From the NCBI GenBank assembly GCA_016179105.1, contig JACOSB010000120.1, forward strand, positions 489-64,488: a DNA stretch of 64,000 nt, written 5' to 3'. Shown in pieces: positions 60,800 to 64,000 of the stretch. A program made the position numbers and the translations under genes. The first letter of the stretch is position 1, and the number at the start of each line of letters is the position of its first letter. Under the pieces are notes generated by a model, which searched no databases, was not told where the DNA came from, and saw nothing but the letters and a program-made list of their open reading frames with translations. The DNA is from Candidatus Acetothermia bacterium. GTDB taxonomy: Bacteria; Bipolaricaulota; Bipolaricaulia; RBG-16-55-9; DRXL01.

Positions 60800-63382
60800 A
60801 TGACCAGTAGGAGGTTTTCTATGCTCTCAATGAGGTGCTCTTCTGTAAAGAGCTTCATCGTAGTGCTGCTGCTAGTGGCCACTGCAGCATTGCTTGTGTC
60901 TTGTAAACTGACGAATCTCCCGCTCCCGGGTCGGCAATCGGATAGTCGTACTTTACTTCCAAACGGCTGGTTCCTTAGTCCTGCGGGACAACAGATTCCC
61001 GTCGGTAACTTGCCTCTCAATATACAAGCAACACGAGATGGCAAATACCTGCTGGTTCTCAACAATGGCTTCAGCGATCCAGAATTGCTCCAGGTGATCG
61101 ATACTCAAAGTGGAAAAGTCATCAGCCATGCCGATGCCGCGTCTTCGTTCTATGGTTTGGCCCTCAGCCCTGATGAGCATACTGCCTATGTCTCCGGGTT
61201 TGGGAATAATACTTTGTTGATGTATCGCTTGGATCCTGCTTCAGGGAGCTTAGCACCTCCGTCTTCAATCCCCCTTGGCGGGGCCAAAGATCCGCTAGGA
61301 CCATTCGGATTAGCCATGAGCGCCGATGGCCAGAAGCTCTACATCGCGTTTTGCATGAATCATAGTTTAGGAGTCTTCGATGCCTCTGCTTCTCTGAAAA
61401 TACTCGATACTATCCCATTAGGCGACGTCTGCCCGTACGGGGTGACCCTCAGTCCAGACGGCAAGAAGGCTTACGTCACGCACTGGAGCGGTACAACGGT
61501 CTCTGCGGTCGATCTCACCACACGCGCAGCAAAGAAGATTGCCATTGACGACCAGCCCGAGTATCTGCAAGCTCAAGGCTTCCCCAAAATAGGTACAGAA
61601 CATCCCTCCGCACTCTTGCTCAGCAAAGACGGCCAGCGCCTGTTTGTTACGAACACGAACACAGACACGATCAAGATCGTCGATACTTCGAGCGATACCG
61701 TGGTCGAAACGATTCCTTTGACGCCCTATCTGAATGCTCCTTTGGGAAGTCAGCCCGATGCGCTCGCACTCAGCCCCGATCAGAAAACATTGTATGTGGC
61801 TAACGCGAACAACAACGACGTTGCCGTGATTGAGTTGGGCAGCAATGGGCAAAAGAGCCGAGCCAAAGGGCTCGTCCCTGTCGGCTGGTATCCTACGGCT
61901 CTCTCCCTCAGCCCCGACGGCAAAACCCTCTACGTGGCTAATGCGAAAGGACTGAGTTCCAAAGCAAACCCCAATCACGCCAAGTTCGGGGACAGCTCGT
62001 ACATCGCGGGCCTCTTCCAAGGCACTGTCTCTGTCATCCCGATTCCCGACGAGAAGGCTCTGGCTCGTTACACTCAAGAGGTCATCAAGAACAACGGCTT
62101 CGATGAGACGCGACAATGGCTTGCCCAACCGCCGCAAGAGAAGTCTCCCAAACCAATCCCAGTGAGAGTTGGAGAGCCTTCCACTATCAAACATGTCATC
62201 TATATCATCAAGGAGAACCGCACGTATGATCAAGTGTTAGGCGATATGTCTCAAGGGAATGGAGACCGAAAGCTCGTGCTTTTCGGGCGGCAAGTCTCTC
62301 CCAATCACCACGCGCTGGCGGAGGACTTCGTGCTACTGGACAATTTCTACGCCAATGGTGATGTGTCCGCCGATGGCCATAGCTGGTCTATGGGAGCGGC
62401 CGTCACCGACTCTGAGGAGAAGCTCTGGCCTAGCTCCTATGCCGGCCGCTTACCCAAAGCCGCAGTGAAGGAATTGCCCGAGCCCTTCCCTGGGAATCCC
62501 ATCACAAAAAATCCAAGCCTGGGATTCATCTGGGATGTCGCGGCAATCAAGAAGCTCACCTATAGGATCTACGGGGAGTCCCTGATCGCCGGCCCCAATC
62601 CTAAAAATCCATGCGAAGGCAACACAGTCCCGTTCGATAACGTGCGCGAGCATGTTGATCTCTGCTTTCGACCTTATGATCTAGCTTACAGAGATGTGGA
62701 CCGCGCCAAAGAATTTTTGAAAGAGTTCCAAGCGTTTGAAGCGAACGGTCAGTTACCGCAGCTCACTATCTTGGACTTGCCCGCTGATCATACCTCGGGT
62801 ACAAGGCCCAACTTCCCCACCCCCCGAGCGATGGTGGCTGACAACGATCTGGCCTTAGGCATGATAGTCGAAGCCGTTTCTCACAGTGAACGCTACTGGA
62901 AGAAGGAACCCACGGCGATCTTCGTCGTCGAGGACGACGCGCAGGACGGCCCCGACCACGTCGATGCTCATCGGACGGTAGCACTGGTCGTAAGTCCTTA
63001 CACGAAGCGGAAATTTGTCGACAGCACCTTCTATGATACTGCGAGCATACTGCGGGCCATCGAGTTAATCCTCGGACTCCCCCCGATGAGTCAGTACGAT
63101 GCGGCCGCCATATCCATGCTCAATGTCTTCCAGGCCCAATCGGACTTTACCCCGTATAAGCTGCGACCAGCGACTTGGCCTGTAGACGAGATGAATACTA
63201 TGCAGAGCTACGGAGCCCAGCGCTCGGACCAGATGAACTTCCAAGTGGTCGATGCCGCACCGGCTCAAGAGCTGAATGAGATCCTCTGGAAATCGATCAA
63301 AGGGCCTGACTCCGAGATGCCCCCACCTATTACTCATGGCTCTGCCCTGAACGACGAAGAAGATCGTGATGAAGGAAGATGA
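60800..63382 (+). CDS. fusion protein: N-terminal YVTN beta-propeller (~430 aa) + C-terminal phosphoesterase-family domain
   Basis: Lipoprotein-like signal (LLVSCKL). Repeated LSPDGKxxYVxN blades. Then IKHVIYIIKENRTYDQVLGDM and VVEDDAQDGPDHVDAHR phosphoesterase motifs. Confidence 0.7.
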   Translation: MTSRRFSMLSMRCSSVKSFIVVLLLVATAALLVSCKLTNLPLPGRQSDSRTLLPNGWFLSPAGQQIPVGNLPLNIQATRDGKYLLVLNNGFSDPELLQVIDTQSGKVISHADAASSFYGLALSPDEHTAYVSGFGNNTLLMYRLDPASGSLAPPSSIPLGGAKDPLGPFGLAMSADGQKLYIAFCMNHSLGVFDASASLKILDTIPLGDVCPYGVTLSPDGKKAYVTHWSGTTVSAVDLTTRAAKKIAIDDQPEYLQAQGFPKIGTEHPSALLLSKDGQRLFVTNTNTDTIKIVDTSSDTVVETIPLTPYLNAPLGSQPDALALSPDQKTLYVANANNNDVAVIELGSNGQKSRAKGLVPVGWYPTALSLSPDGKTLYVANAKGLSSKANPNHAKFGDSSYIAGLFQGTVSVIPIPDEKALARYTQEVIKNNGFDETRQWLAQPPQEKSPKPIPVRVGEPSTIKHVIYIIKENRTYDQVLGDMSQGNGDRKLVLFGRQVSPNHHALAEDFVLLDNFYANGDVSADGHSWSMGAAVTDSEEKLWPSSYAGRLPKAAVKELPEPFPGNPITKNPSLGFIWDVAAIKKLTYRIYGESLIAGPNPKNPCEGNTVPFDNVREHVDLCFRPYDLAYRDVDRAKEFLKEFQAFEANGQLPQLTILDLPADHTSGTRPNFPTPRAMVADNDLALGMIVEAVSHSERYWKKEPTAIFVVEDDAQDGPDHVDAHRTVALVVSPYTKRKFVDSTFYDTASILRAIELILGLPPMSQYDAAAISMLNVFQAQSDFTPYKLRPATWPVDEMNTMQSYGAQRSDQMNFQVVDAAPAQELNEILWKSIKGPDSEMPPPITHGSALNDEEDRDEGR

Positions 63383-63635
63383 ATGAGACACAATTTCGAA
63401 AATGTGCTCACCGTCAAAAAGTTTTGGTAGCAATCTAAACAACAACGGGATTATTTTGATGCCTGAAGCGGGGTTAGTGGTTTCGTATCTAGTGGGTTCA
63501 CGTGCTAATACTGTTTTGCTTTCTAAATGTCCGAATGATTGGCTCTTCCAGCCAGCCTTTGCCGCCAGTTTATCCAGACATTCCAATGACGAATTAGTAT
63601 AAGCATATGCGATCGAGGGAGCGCCCCGCACATGC

Positions 63636-63929
63636 TCAGGGCAACGCCCCAATGATCTTGCGGTAGTCCGCCTCGCTGAAGGCGCGTAGGGTCTCCGAGC
63701 GGACATTCCCTTTCGCACCGCTGGCTAACGCGAACTTCGCTACGGTTTCCTCATTCGGTGCCTCCAGCACGACGACAAAATCGTATTGGCCTATGACGAG
63801 GTAGAACGCCTTGATTTCTGCGCCCATAGATTGAGCGAGTTTTTTGGCGGCGTCCAGACGACTAGGACTCTCCTTGATGTTCTCAATGCCTTGTTGTGTC
63901 AAGCGGAAGAGTGAGATGTAAGTGGGCAT
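63636..63929 (-). CDS. GYD-domain protein
   Basis: MPTYISLFRLTQQGIENIKESPSRLDAAKKLAQSMGAEIKAFYLVIGQYDFVVVLEAP... is the typical GYD family sequence. Confidence 0.7.
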   Translation of the reverse strand: MPTYISLFRLTQQGIENIKESPSRLDAAKKLAQSMGAEIKAFYLVIGQYDFVVVLEAPNEETVAKFALASGAKGNVRSETLRAFSEADYRKIIGALP

Positions 63930-64000
63930 GAGACTGCTCCTTTCGGTTTTTGAGGGCGCTCCCTCAGCGCTCTGTCAGCTTAGCTAAAACCCTCGATCGG

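Noticed and set aside
63065-63718. 217-aa minus-strand ORF spanning the end of gene 60800..63382 and the GYD gene
   Set aside because: It overlaps two well-supported genes on both sides and has no recognisable domain. Likely spurious.

Overview
This 64-kb window is from a bacterial chromosome of roughly mid-50s % GC. The gene content (many AfsR/SARP-NB-ARC-TPR regulators, GYD, DUF433/DUF5615, TPM/PspA, MntH/MntR) suggests a Chloroflexota-like or similar Terrabacteria genome, but that attribution is tentative. Housekeeping and core genes frame the window: an SNF2 helicase plus SWIM zinc-finger pair, mntH with mntR, a DEAD-box helicase, infA, tRNA-Ala(CGC), pspA plus a giant TPM-domain coiled-coil protein, rsmD, a chrB/chrA chromate-resistance cluster, an ornithine cyclodeaminase, an M42 peptidase, a BMP-family ABC uptake operon (2 binding proteins, a dual-domain ATPase, 2 permeases), an NfeD/SPFH pair, a secreted beta-helix protein, an MBL hydrolase and two PlcN/AcpA-type phosphoesterases. 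The most striking region is a ~19-kb accessory locus (about 12.3-31.6 kb) encoding nine Sec-signal-bearing, modular fibre-like proteins. Each has an N- or C-terminal FlgD-Ig/T9SS-CTD-like beta-sandwich with a GVYLY motif, and most end in a conserved C-terminal module. The central regions are PbH1 beta-helix, YadA-head/Hep_Hag-like Gly-rich repeats, or tail-fibre-like IGTTxP repeats. The C-terminal modules are either a phage tail-fibre Peptidase_S74 intramolecular-chaperone domain or a conserved, unassigned domain in the same position followed by a coiled coil. The fibre genes form two blocks. Each block is divergently transcribed from a large paralogous SARP(wHTH+BTAD)-NB-ARC-TPR STAND regulator. 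The locus shows tandem paralogy, domain shuffling, one frameshifted member, and a VapBC toxin-antitoxin insertion that replaced most of one paralog, leaving a 3' remnant. A family of at least six GTAGGGGCGAGG...CCTCGCCCCTAC palindromic hairpin elements is scattered through the window, one lying in-frame inside a regulator CDS. Elsewhere there is a truncated SARP paralog plus a chimeric SARP N-terminal fragment associated with a 36-bp direct repeat, a DUF433/DUF5615 putative TA pair, and a serine-recombinase N-terminal remnant.
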